Positions 1 through 11,714 of a stretch of DNA of 61,393 bases are shown here, one piece after another. Where the stretch lies: NCBI GenBank assembly GCA_032718475.1, contig JAUCBJ010000106.1:1-61393 (forward strand), read 5' to 3'. The position numbers were made by a program, and so were the translations under genes. Below the pieces are notes generated by a model. It saw only the letters and a program-made list of their open reading frames with translations. It did no database searches and was not told where the DNA came from. Within the stretch, counting starts at the first letter, position 1. Every line of letters starts with the position of its first letter. This DNA comes from Nemertoderma westbladi (Eukaryota > Animalia > Xenacoelomorpha).

Positions 1-1535
1 CGCAAGGATGGGAAACATATGTGGGAATGTATGGAAATGAAGAAAGATGTTCTCTTCCTCAATCGGGATTAGTTGCAGAATGAGACTCAGGATAATTGTT
101 GGGCGATGCAAGATAGTTTTGAGAATAATTATACCTAATCATATATAAATGGATTTCCTTTGTTATTTTTTTGTGTCAATATGGGGGCGAAATAACAGTT
201 ACGACTAACGAGTAATATAATTTATAAAATAAATAGTAAGTAAATTGTAAATAAATATTTAATAATAAATAATAACAAATTTTCATTTAAGTAAAATTGA
301 CACCTTCGAAAATAAAAAGTGTATAGTATAGTATAGTAAAGTGTATAAAGTAAAATGTATACATGTAAAGTGGAAATAATGTATGTAAAGTGGTGTACAT
401 ACAGTACATACAGTATGATAGGGTTCAATCAAAACAAATATGAAATATATTTGTAATCAATCGCAAGTAATAATATCCGACCAACAAAAGTAAATTCAGC
501 AGTTAGTGTAGCTTTTAGGGATATCTAGAGGTCCCTAAGCAAATCACACTAACGTGTTAGTGGCACTTATAGTTAGTGAGCTTGGTGGAACAGGCTAAGT
601 GATAAGGGTGGCTCAGGTTAGTGGCACTAAGCAGTTAGCACTAACACTAAGCCGTTAGTGAGAGTTGGTGGAACCGGCTGCTGATCTCACACCCTACAGT
701 CATATTCCCTAACTTTCTTAACTTAATTTAAATTTATATATATGTATAGGCCTATATGTTTCAAATTTCAAGCAAAATTTGGGGCGGGGCGGGGGGGGGG
801 GGGGGGGGCGTCCTTGTCATCAGAAAATGACACTATATTACGGGTCATGGTGTATATCCAATTTAGTACGCGGTAGTAGATTTTGTAACAGAGTTACAAT
901 GGTTGAGTAATTCTTCACTGTACAGTACAGAAGAACTGTAGTTCGTTGAACTTAACGGAGACCGCATGCCGGTAGTATAGTTGAGAGGAATAATGATTTT
1001 TACAAGAGAGTGTTTTATAGCACAGAAGCAAAAAAGTAAGATCAATAATATGAATTACAATGAGTTACTGGTAAACCATCTACATAATGTAATACAAGTC
1101 AGCTTATACAACATAATAATTATACAACATATTGCATATTATTGCTGTTATACAGTACTACAGTATGTAGGTCTAATGCATTACGAAATATAAATTAAGT
1201 TTATTAGCTTTACAGCCTAATTTAGGCGCATTTTAATAAATTTTTGCATTTAGGACAATAATTCGGAGCCGGATAATTATTTCCCTGACGTAAAAACATC
1301 CAATTTTTAAAAGCCCACTGTATCTCCGCAATTTCTCAATGATATTTATACATTGTCGTATATAAAGTGTTTATACTGTAGATTAGATATCCTGTCATTG
1401 CATTGCAACCTTACCATTGGTTCATCCATAATCTATATATCGACCACTACTCTAAGGTACATACATACATTGCTTAGCAACCCGTGCATCGCAATACTCG
1501 CCACAGTTCGCAAACCAGCCATGTAAATCCCATAA

Positions 1536-3128
1536 TGGGGTAGACGACTCGGAAATTTTTTTTCGAGTTTTCGTTGGTTTCATGTGAAAGAGCATGTGAA
1601 AAAACCCCAGAGAGCAATTTTACTTCAAAAAAATTAATATTTGCCGAGTTATAGCAATTTTAAAACGCAAAATTAGCAACATCGAAAAATCAGGCCGTTT
1701 CAGAAAACTGCACGAGTGACGTCAGCCATAACACAGCAACAGTTGTCAAGCGCAGTTGATTGGCTAATATAAAGTATAATATTGCAGTATCTAAAATAAA
1801 ACAAATAATAAATGTAGCTATGTATTTATTTGGATGTGTATTTGTGTTGTGTTAAGAATCGATTATAGGATAGCGGCATGGAGGCAAATTATTCATATCA
1901 AGTTAATTATTCTAGAATAATATTTATTTCGTCCATGCCTGTATCGTAGAGCTGTAGCTAAAAACAAATAAGGCTAGCTAAATACTGCCAGGCGTTTCAT
2001 TAATCTATTTTTTTATTGTTTTTACAGCGAACAATGCGGGATGGGTAGATTAGCACTAGATGGAAATTATTTAGTTTTTTTTGTCAGTTCACTGTAAAGT
2101 GTTACTGGTACTAGTGTTGCACGTGTCACCATTATTCTGCCTTTCATAATAGCTGTTTTTGGTTTGACATCCAAAAATATCAAAATACCAAAAAATACCA
2201 AAACATAATGTTTTGGGCTATAGGTTTATGTTCTTGACATATTTTGGCTAGTTACATGTGAAAAAAAATGTTAAAGAAAATAAAAACAAATGTTTGTGGT
2301 AGCTATTGTTTTCAATGGTATGTACTGTTTTAATATTGTAGCTAGTGTTTTTATAAAATACCACAAAATCTTATTTTTTTATGCCATTTCAGATGTCATT
2401 ACACGAACGCATGTGGTAGAAGTAAAATGTCCAACATCAAAACATGCCATTCAAAAATCTTATCTTACACAATCGAATATCGTAAGCGCTAAATTCATGG
2501 CACAAATCCAACTTCAAATGCATCTTTGCAATAAACAGTGGGCCTTGTTTAGTATTGCAGATCCATCTATTGCAATAAATGGCGAAGTGGAAATAGTTGA
2601 AGTATCATATGATTCCATATACATGCAAAGTTTACTGAAAAGTAGTCGTAGCTTCTGGAAGGAATATATATTTCCCAAAATTGTGAAAAAATAGATAATT
2701 AAAAAATGTAAATTATACAGTAGTTATAGGTCAACTAAATTCTGATTAATGCTGATTGTATTGAGATGGCAGCTGAAGATATTTTTACTACGTCATCCAT
2801 TACAGCTACATGGGATATCAAATAATGTATTCTTAACACAACACAAAAACACACTAAATAAATATTAGCTACACAATTTATTTTAGTTACTAAGAGATTT
2901 ATATTGTATAGTAACCAATGAACATTTACTGCTGCACTAGTGACGTCACTAGTGCAGTTTTCTGAAACGGCCTGATTTTTCGATGTTGCTAATTTTGCGT
3001 TTTAAAATCGCTATAACTCGGCCAATATTAATTTTTTATAAGTAAAATTGCCTCTGGGGTTTTTTCACATGCTCTTTCACATGAAACCAACGAAAACTCG
3101 AAAAAAAATTTCCGAGTCGTCTACCCCA
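1536..3128. mobile_element. Non-autonomous TIR DNA transposon (Kolobok-like) carrying a YqaJ/lambda-exonuclease remnant
   Basis: ~188-bp near-perfect TIRs (1536-1723 / 2941-3128; TGGGGTAGACGACTCGG...CCGAGTCGTCTACCCCA), with further degenerate inner IRs. Flanked by ATAA on the left and TTAA on the right. Confidence 0.75.
2392..2694 (+). pseudogene. YqaJ/lambda-exonuclease-like C-terminal exon remnant
   Basis: VVEVKCP (ExK motif), QIQLQMH and FWKEYIFP are typical of transposon-associated YqaJ nucleases. Preceded by a polypyrimidine tract and ttcag acceptor. Confidence 0.7.
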
Positions 3129-4424
3129 TTAATATGCAATAGGCCTATCAAGAGTCAACTAGAGTCTTATCGCGATGTTTCAGGAACGTGATTGGCTGAC
3201 CTCCATGTTTCCTCTCACCATAGTTTCTTTTTGGCTACTATTGTGGGGCAGCACGAGCAGTGCCGGATTAAGCCTCTGGTGGCCCTAAGGCACATTTTAG
3301 TAATCTCCAAAAATGGCCCGAAAATTGATATTTTTCCGCAAACCCTTTCAAAAGAAAAAGCTGCTAAAAACTGTGAAAATGTTGCGAAGGAAAAATAGAG
3401 TATTTTCGTTAGATACAGCGTGCAAATAAGTACTAAGTACTTTAATAATAAGTAATTTGCAAAAATAGTTTTCATCAAGAATTGTAACATTACTAAACGG
3501 CATATTATTATGACTATAAAACCTTTGCTATAAAAAGTGTAATGGTTTTGGTAGAATTTCTCACGCTTAAATTTTTAATATATTAATGGGACCATTACCC
3601 CAAATCTATTTGTTTTATTTATAAAGCTACTATTCTGAAACTTTAACACAATGATCTGTGATCTTTTATATACTACAGTATGAACACTGAGTATAGATAG
3701 CTTCATAAACCGTTTGTTCGAAAAATATGGCACTTTTGAGCAGGTCGGTTTTTTTTTCAAAAATTGTATAAATTTTGAGGCATATGTAAATTAGCTCACT
3801 TAAGGATCCGTAAAACCACCTGCATTGAAGTTCTTGGTCCAAGACTTTGGTAAAATGGAGCTAGATATGTAGACTATCTTCTATGAAAATTTTAGCACAA
3901 AATTATTGCTTTTGGAAAATTTATGGGGGTTTTAGTATTTCCGGGCTATATTTTGGGATTGAAATATTTTGTAATAAACAAAGTATTATAGAGTTACAAA
4001 ACCGGGTCTAGAAGATCCAAACGGCCATGTTTTACAAAACCAACGATTGTAGTCCTAAAGCTGCTGACCATTTCGTGCCACCTCTCGTGCTGCACGAGAG
4101 CCTATATAAGAAAGTGTCCTAATCTCTATTATATATTAAAACCGCAATAATTTTTATTGTCCGTTTAAATCCTTTTTTTGTCCTTTTTTTTATTTTTTAT
4201 GTCCTCCAAAAATCTAATGTTAGGTTCCATGCTACCGGTTTCTCTACTGCTGTTCTCTCAGGCTATCAGTACCGGTATTAGTATATATAGCACTATGTTG
4301 CTGCATTGTATGTACAGATGTAGGTATAAAGCAGGCATTTCTGTATTTTAGTACCGGTACTGCTGTAGGCCTACTGTGTAGCCTACCATTTAAATACGGT
4401 ACTGGTAGGCCTTCCGGCTGACCG

Positions 4425-5030
4425 GTTGTTTTGGTTAGAAAATCCCGCCTCATCTGTAACCTGCTCCTTTGCCTGATTTGGTAAAGTGACCGTTTATTGT
4501 TTTGGTTAGAAAGGCCCGCCTCTGTAACCTGCTCCTTTCCTTCATTTTGTAAAGTGACTGTTTATTGTTTTGGTTAGAAAATCCCGCCTCTGTAACCTGC
4601 CCCTTTCCCTCAATTAATTAAGTGATTGTTTATTGTTTTGGTTAGGAAATCCCGCCTCAGTAACCTGCGCTCCTTTCTCTCAATTGGTAATGTTATCGTT
4701 TATTGTTTTGGTTAGAAAATCCCGTCTCTGTAACCTGCTCCTTTCCCTGATTTGGTAAAGTGACTGTTTATTGTTTTGGTTAGAAAATCCCGCATCTGTA
4801 ACCTGCTCCTTTCTCTCAATTGGGAATGTTATCGTTTATTGATTTGGTTAGAAAATCCCGTCTCTGTAACCTGCTCCTTTCCCTCAATTAGTTAAATAAT
4901 CGTTTATTGTTTTGGTTAGAAAATCCCGCCTCTGTAACCTGCTCCTTTCCCTGATTTGGTAAAGTGACTGTTTATTGTTTTGGTTAGAAAATCCGGCCTT
5001 AACCTGCTCCTTTCCATCAATTGGTAATTG
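4425..5030. repeat. Minisatellite, ~68-bp unit, ~9 copies
   Basis: Unit GTTTATTGTTTTGGTTAGAAAATCCCGCCTCTGTAACCTGCTCCTTTCCCTGATTTGGTAAAGTGACT repeats with ~68-bp period. Confidence 0.95.
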
Positions 5031-6210
5031 TTTTTGGCTATAAAATGAGTGTTTGGCTACGTCATGTGGTAATCGATTATCGACAACAACCACAAACTAT
5101 TAAATTTAGAGTCTTTTACCACAGGCGCATATGGAATTCTATCTCATAGTCTATAAATCATGGAATCATGGAATGTTTTGGCACAGGCATAGTGAAACCA
5201 ACTGTCCGACAGACCAGAAATCAACAAATTTTGAATGTTTTGGCATAGGCATGTTGAAATCAGCAGTCTGACAGTTTGAAGAAATACATACATAAAAATC
5301 ATTAAAAGGACATTAAAAGTCATTAAAAGGACAACAAAAGTCATTATGCACAATTCGTAAAAACAGGAGGACAAAAAAAGTCAAATAAAAGGACATGAAA
5401 AATCACTGCCTATTAAAACCGTCATTCCCAAAATATCAAAATAAGTGATGTTTTAATTAGCGTTAAACTGGTTGTAAAAAACAGGTCCATTTCAATACTC
5501 GTCTCCTCCATTAGTCTCGTTTGTCTCTTTTGTCTAAAAATTGTTTTCTTAAACGTAGACTGGCGACCCTTATGCATATTCAAAGTCTCGAAACTCGAGT
5601 AACTGCTGATTTATGGCAGATGGATACTCGTATCTACTGCAAAACTCGTTGTGTTCGTCCTGTACAACCCGGTGAACAAATAAAAACCTTACAACATTCA
5701 AAATAGACTGATTAAAAGACAATAGCCCGGTCAAATATTTTAAAATTTTTCTGAAATAAATAGTGCATTTGGTTGTTCTGAAGAAATTTGGGGTGGGTAT
5801 TTTTTTTTAAATGAACGTCGTTTTAAACGACGACACTGTGTCTCCTCTCTGTTTCTGATTGCTTTACAAATTATTTCCTTGCCTGCTTGAGCAGGGCTCG
5901 CTTTCAAATAGTATTATGTTGTTGTACCGGTTTGTAAATTGATCAAAACACTCAACATTCAATAATATTTCAAAATAAAAACTTTTGTGTTCGTTTAATT
6001 AAATAATTACGGTATGAAGGTATACGGGGTTTTGAAGTCGCTGATCACGATGATACTGTAACAGTTCAAAATATTTCTGGTAATTTATGATTATCAAATA
6101 TGTGCTAGGCCTACTTATATTTTTCGTGTAACCGTTAGGTCCGCTGTTAGAGATAGAATATATGCAACTTAAGACTGCATGTTCAATAGAAGTGGATTAG
6201 GTGGGAGTTT

Positions 6211-6330
6211 GAGTGTCAGGGTCTAGTGGCTGAGCTGGTTAGCGCTACTGATGAGGCTTGATATGCTGAAACGTACGTATACCGCCGGTTCAACCCCCGG
6301 TGACGCGCTTTCTCATTTTTTCCTTTAATT
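6211..6330 (+). ncRNA. tRNA-derived Pol III unit (SINE head) containing a hammerhead ribozyme
   Basis: A-box TGGCTGAGCTGG (6227-6238), B-box/T-arm GCCGG-TTCAACCC-CCGGT (6284-6301) and a downstream T-run. The hammerhead core lies between the boxes. Confidence 0.65.
6242..6285 (+). ncRNA. Minimal type I hammerhead ribozyme
   Basis: CUGAUGA 6248-6254; stem II GGC/GCU; GAAA 6268-6271; stem III C-GUAC-G with palindromic loop; GUA cleavage triplet 6277-6279; stem I GCGCUA/UACCGC with one mismatch. Confidence 0.75.
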
Positions 6331-7492
6331 ACAGTTGCATAAACAGCTCATCTCCAATTTATTTATATTTTTCGTGCCTAGTTTGGCACATGTCTAAAAA
6401 TACCTGAATGAATCGGGTGAGTGTCATATTCATTATCAACATGTATCCCAGAGAACCTCGAAGGTTATAAAATTATTTTTGTTCATCAATTTTGCCCTAC
6501 TTGTTTTTTTTCTTGCCACTCTTTCGTGCCATTCAAAATTACCAGATATTTTTTCGACTGTTATAATGGAGTTCAATAATTCTGATCAGCATCCAAAAAC
6601 CGTTATATACCGCAACTAAATAAATATTTAAATTTTTTTAGAAAGTAAAAACTTGAAAATAATTTTAGTACGAAAAATATTGACATGTCTGTACCAGAAT
6701 GGGACCACAGTACGAAAACTAACATAGCTATGTACTGTAATTGGCGTTATGCGCAGTTGGATAGCGCATTACATTTTAGGAAATGTCAAAAAACCCCGGT
6801 TTTCCCAACAAACCTGACTCAAAGATAAATATGAATTACAATAAAATCTCTAAAATATGGGAAAGGGGGCCAATGAGTTGTTACATTCTGTTAATTTATC
6901 TATTATAATTTAATCTCTAAAAGTGGGAAAGCTCAGTTGGTTGAGCGTCAGGTCTGCAATCGATTGGATAAAATGATGAATTATTAATTAATAATATTAA
7001 ATAATGAATTAATTTATTATCAAAACTTAAGTTCACTCTCTTACTTTCAGGTAGTACAGTAGCTATAGAAAAAAGGAGCATTTTTATGTTTTGTGTTTAA
7101 GCAAACTGTTTGCTTGCTTGCTTGTAAAATAGTTAGTTAGTTAAGTTTATTTACACCATAACAAACACATTAGATGTATATAAATTACATAATGTACATG
7201 GTGATGATTTAGTTATTCAGTGCAATAGGCCAATTAGTTGAATATTTTGTTAATTGCTATAAACAGGGTACGAACACATATAAACTCAGCTACAATAATG
7301 TCTTATAATCCATCCTATAGGTAAAATGTTATAAAACGAAACACATTAGGCCCTATAACAAATAGAAAACAATAACCACTTAACTCTATTTCATTTAATT
7401 GGGGAGGGCAGCACTAACTTGTTAGTGTTAGCCAGGAACATGGTGGTTTCGTCGATATTACAGAGAAGTGGGCAGCGCTATACTTCACTATA

Positions 7493-8206
7493 TTGTGTTC
7501 TTTACATGATACTGTACTAAACATTGTCATCTGTTATGGCAGTTTCACTTGCTATGATGAAATATCAACATCCATTAACGCAACTAATGATGCGCTACAG
7601 CGGAAAGTGGTTGACAAATTTACTTCGCTATTAAGAAGTAATCAACAATTGTTTGTTAATAATGGAGACACAACAACGCGCCATAATTTCCACAACATCA
7701 GACACAATTGCACAGAATGTGCCAATTATTTCTATCGGAGTATCGCTGTAGATGATGACACTGGGGAGGAGGTCATGTTCCAGTTCATCTTCGAGCTTTG
7801 CATAAACCGAGAAAAAGATGAAAATATTGGTACCATGAGGAATCATTGCCTTGCTTTGGATGAAACCAGATGTCCTGCTTTCATACAACAGTTAGAAGAA
7901 GGGTTTAAAATAGATCACCACAGCTTCCAGGATGTGTAATCATACGTGGATAATTTCTTTCGGATTGCTTTTATTGGTAGGGACTTTATGCAACATGGGT
8001 TCACCATCAAGTACAATTCTTGCATAATTATGTGTTGCCCTGGTGAGTGTCCTACTCCCATCTGGGAGGTGAATCTGGCTACAACAACTACCAGGGCGGT
8101 GGATGAAAGCACAGCAGTCGAGACGAAAGCAATCAGTTCTGGTGTGGTGGAAACTCCATTGATTCGGATGGTTTTGGTGCTGGTTACATTCATTGGATTC
8201 TTTTAG
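7493..8206 (+). pseudogene. Cysteine-rich, probably GPI-anchored or secreted host protein with one in-frame stop
   Basis: ORFs 7493-7939 and 7946-8206 are in the same frame, separated by one TAA. Cys-rich domain ends CIIMCCPGEC, then an S/T-rich stalk and a hydrophobic C-terminal tail (LIRMVLVLVTFIGFF). AATAAA at ~8228. Confidence 0.5.
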
Positions 8207-8289
8207 AAACAGATTCAACTTTGTGCTGAATAAAGTAATATATATATAATATATAATAACAATAAAGTACACCATGACCCATAGTACAG

Positions 8290-9631
8290 TATAGTGTTAG
8301 TTCGATGACACGGAACCCCCCCCCCCCCCCCCCCCCCCAAATTTTCCTACAATTAAATCTTCATCATATTGCTGTATTGCTTGAAAATAGAAACACAAGA
8401 AGTTCAGGTGGTTGTTACCATGAAAGAGAAAATGTTTTCGAATAAATGGCCTTCAGCGAACGATTCTTCTTGCAATCTTTGAGCGCATACTGTATATCTC
8501 AGGATAGTTATAAAACCCGAAAATAAAGAAAAAGACGAAATTATCAAAGAAAATATCGCAATTATGAAACAATCTACAAAATACCTCTTTCCTGTAAGAT
8601 CGGTATTATTAGAAGGCGAATTGTACATTTTTAATCAATAAAATCCGATAATTTCGCCCCATTTTCGACCTTAAAAGTAATTTAATACCAAATACTGTCG
8701 TCTGGTTGGTTGTTGGGTGTTGTCCAATGGCGACTTGGATGAATCAACTCAGCATCAGCAGATCAGTGTAGGGGGCTACTGGTACCGGTACAGCCTGAAG
8801 GGGCGAAGTTGATGGAATCGGTCCGGTGCCCTAACCTAACACTGCAACTATGTATTTCCCATAAAAAATGTTGTTTGCATTACGGCAAACGCTACCATAG
8901 CGCTATAGGAGGTGTACACTGTACAGTGACTGCCAGGCAAGGCTCGGCATGCGGGTGTGAACAGGCGAACGTAACTATAGTCCAGCAGTCGCAACGCAGT
9001 AGGCCTACACTCTGTCTGAAATGTCCTAATTTTAGCGCCATTTTGTGGTGTTTTGCCATCATTGCATTACCTCTCACAACCAATCAGCAGAGACAGTATT
9101 TGGTATTAAATTACTTTTAGGGTCGAAAATGGGGCGAAATTATCGGATTTTTATTAATTAAGAAATGTAAAGTGTGCCTTCTAATAATGCCGATCTTACT
9201 GGAAAACGAGAATTTATTTATAAAGTTTTATCAATTCGAGATTTTCGTTATTAAATTCGTATTTTTCGTTATTATCAGGTTTTATAACTATCCTATATCG
9301 CTATATCTCATCTGTTTCTCAACGAAATTCAGATATTGTTACATATTTTGGAATCCTTGCAACGCAAGCTTTCTAATGATATGAAAAAATTACGACCAAT
9401 GTGAAGAATGGCAATGATACGGAGTGTGTGATTTCGCAAAAGACACTTTTTTAAAACTCTTACAAAAATTTTAAAGGCAATATCGAAAATTCCGGCTACA
9501 TGCTAACAACCACGGTAAGTTGAACTACATAGTTGTGTTTCAAATTTCAGGCAATATGATAAAGATTTGTAGAACATATTGGGGGGGGGGGGGGGGGGGG
9601 GGGGGGTCCGTATCATCCGAAAATAACTATA
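8290..9631. mobile_element. Outer MITE with poly-C/poly-G-containing TIRs
   Basis: 8290-8420 and 9500-9631 are degenerate inverted copies (TATAGTG..GATGACACGGAAC(C)n / (G)nTCCGTATCATC..ACTATA). A similar end occurs at ~755-840. Confidence 0.55.
8501..9294. mobile_element. Nested MITE with ~215-bp TIRs
   Basis: AGGATAGTTATAAAACC...GGTTTTATAACTATCCT. Arms at 8501-8713 and 9077-9294; imperfect 7-bp flanking duplication ATATCTC/ATATCGC. Confidence 0.75.
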
Positions 9632-9744
9632 TAATGACTATCACAGTAATTTATCTGATTATTATACTGTATATGTAATCGTATTATATTATATATTATA
9701 CCGGGTGTTACATAATGATTGCCCCCCCCCCCCCCCTCCCATGG

Positions 9745-10450
9745 CCAGCCAAAACTGCCAAACATGTACTTTAGCGTAATCGAAAGAGAATTTAATTTTG
9801 AACTTGCACGCAAAAGTTTAGGGTCCAATACAAAAGTATAAAAATGTTATAGGTAATTCTTTAAACCAAACTTATTTTTCAATATTTGTAATTTAATCAC
9901 AATTTTAAAAAAATATATTTTATCCAGCGTTAGTCATCAGATTTGCAACCCTGTTTAAACAGTTATTACTGCTTGACTTTTGCTGTATTGCAATATATTA
10001 CAGTATTCAGTTACAGGTATTCGTGTTTCTTTGGTAATTTCACTGAATTAGATTAGAAGTAATTAAAATGACAAGTTCCCGATTTATGGTTGACAGGATC
10101 AGAGGTTACTTTTAGAGAGGGTCGTGATTCTGTGACTTAATCAAACTGAACTCAAACCAAAACGGCCTTTTTAAGGGCCAACATACTTTGACTCTATCAA
10201 TTAAGGAGCTCCCCGTGCTGCAAAGGGGAAACATGGCTGTAAAGCTGATGACTAACGCTGGATAAATTATACTTTTTTAATTGTGATTAAATCAAAAATA
10301 ATAAAAGTAAGATTGGTTTAAAGAATAGCTTGTAAAATTGTTATACTTTTTTGTATTGTGCCCTAAATTTTTGCATGTCAGCTCAGAATTAAATTATCTT
10401 TCGAATGATATACATTACTAAGGTGCATGTCTGGCAGGATTTAGGCTAAT
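9745..10450. mobile_element. MITE with ~200-bp degenerate TIRs
   Basis: 9745-9940 is an inverted copy of 10246-10450 (e.g. ATCCAGCGTTAGTCATCAG / CTGATGACTAACGCTGGAT). Confidence 0.65.
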
Positions 10451-10640
10451 ATTTAGGGAAGATTTAAAAGTTTAGAAGTGTTAACAAAAAATGCCACTAT
10501 AATGCTGGTCATTGTGAATATAAGAATATACCTGAGAATGTTGCCAAATCAATAAATGTTTTATAATTATTAGTTTGTTTATGTGTATTAATTTATGTTA
10601 ATTATTATTTGATTTAGTTCCTATATTGTAAACTTCTCCT

Positions 10641-10835
10641 TTAATCTCCCCTCTGTAGTTGCTCGACTTGCTCCTTTGTTAGTCTTTCTAAGATCTCAGC
10701 CCGCACTCTCTAGAAGTTTGCGTAGGTCAGGGCATTCGCCTTTCCGTCTTCGTACAAGAGATTAGCCCCGGCGTCCATCAGTCGTAAGGCGATATCTTCG
10801 TTTTTTAATCGCAATGCTCTCATTAGCAGAGATTC
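10641..10835 (-). CDS. Ankyrin-repeat host gene, putative terminal exon (stop at 10710-10712, or 10641-10643 if the TAG is a lesion)
   Basis: Acceptor ...ttatattgtactag| then phase-0 ESLLMRALRLKNEDIALRLMDAGANLLYEDGKANALTYANF*, matching the ankyrin consensus. Confidence 0.6.
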
Positions 10836-11155
10836 CTAGTACAATATAATTTAATATTGTTTTATACAGATACTATACTCTTTGTAAACTTTGACGGACT
10901 GCATGCATATGTACCAAGTTTGATTTAATTTCATCAATGATTGGCCGACTTACAGTATTTCGGTTTTTATCAAAAAAACTGAAACTACCGCTACCAACAG
11001 TCAGACTGTCTGATTTTTTGACAAAACTCCAGAATCTTTGCAAACCTTTGACAGACCACATGTTTACCGCAAGTATGGTTTAATTTCATCAAAATGATTG
11101 ACCGACGTATTCGTTGCTTTCAAGAATTAATTTTAAAAACGTGCAAAAGAATCAT

Positions 11156-11237
11156 TGTTGCGGGTAGCATTCGAGTCTACGTGGGAAGACCCCATTGGAT
11201 TTCTAGTCCAGCGCCTTAAACACTTGACCAACACTGC
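11156..11237 (-). tRNA. tRNA-Ser(AGA) pseudogene
   Basis: 82 nt. The minus strand reads ...TTAAGGCGCTGGACTAGAAATCCAATGGGGTCTTCCCACGTAGACTCGAAT..., colinear with eukaryotic tRNA-Ser(AGA) including the long variable arm. Acceptor and T stems are degenerate. Confidence 0.75.
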
Positions 11238-11714
11238 TCGAGGTAAAAGGTATGTATGTACATATACTGCCAAATTTATGTATGCTGAACTGTGGAGCGA
11301 GACACGTATACGGTGAGCCTTGGCATAGGTTCATATTGGGCAAATGGTACAGTACATGTCCGTCCATCCGTCTGTCTGTCTGGTAAATGTTTGAAAGCGA
11401 ATTTCTCAACTTCGCTTGCTTGCAATTGAACCAAACTTTTACAAAATTGAAAAGTTACGACAATTAATTGGGGATCCGCTAGAATTATATTTACGTTCTA
11501 GAATTGTATATTTTTATTTAGTGTTCTAGAACTCTACATTTTTGCCATGGTATACATGCGTTTTAACCCTTTCGCACCTATGACGCAGGCGTATGCGTCA
11601 CCACTATATGGGCTATGATGCAGTGCAGGCATATGTGTCATGGGCTTGTATTTAACTCTATATAGGTTTTATAAGAATACAAACTAACTAATATTCTCGC
11701 GCTGGGGGTCTTAA

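Noticed and set aside
1-1200. Short ORFs, a possible zinc-knuckle tail at 1-140 and Harbinger-like ends at 580-680
   Set aside because: Too short or degenerate, and partly cut by the window edge.
4425-5030. CRISPR array or coding repeat
   Set aside because: The whole 68-bp unit repeats, and the short ORFs are by-products of the repeat.
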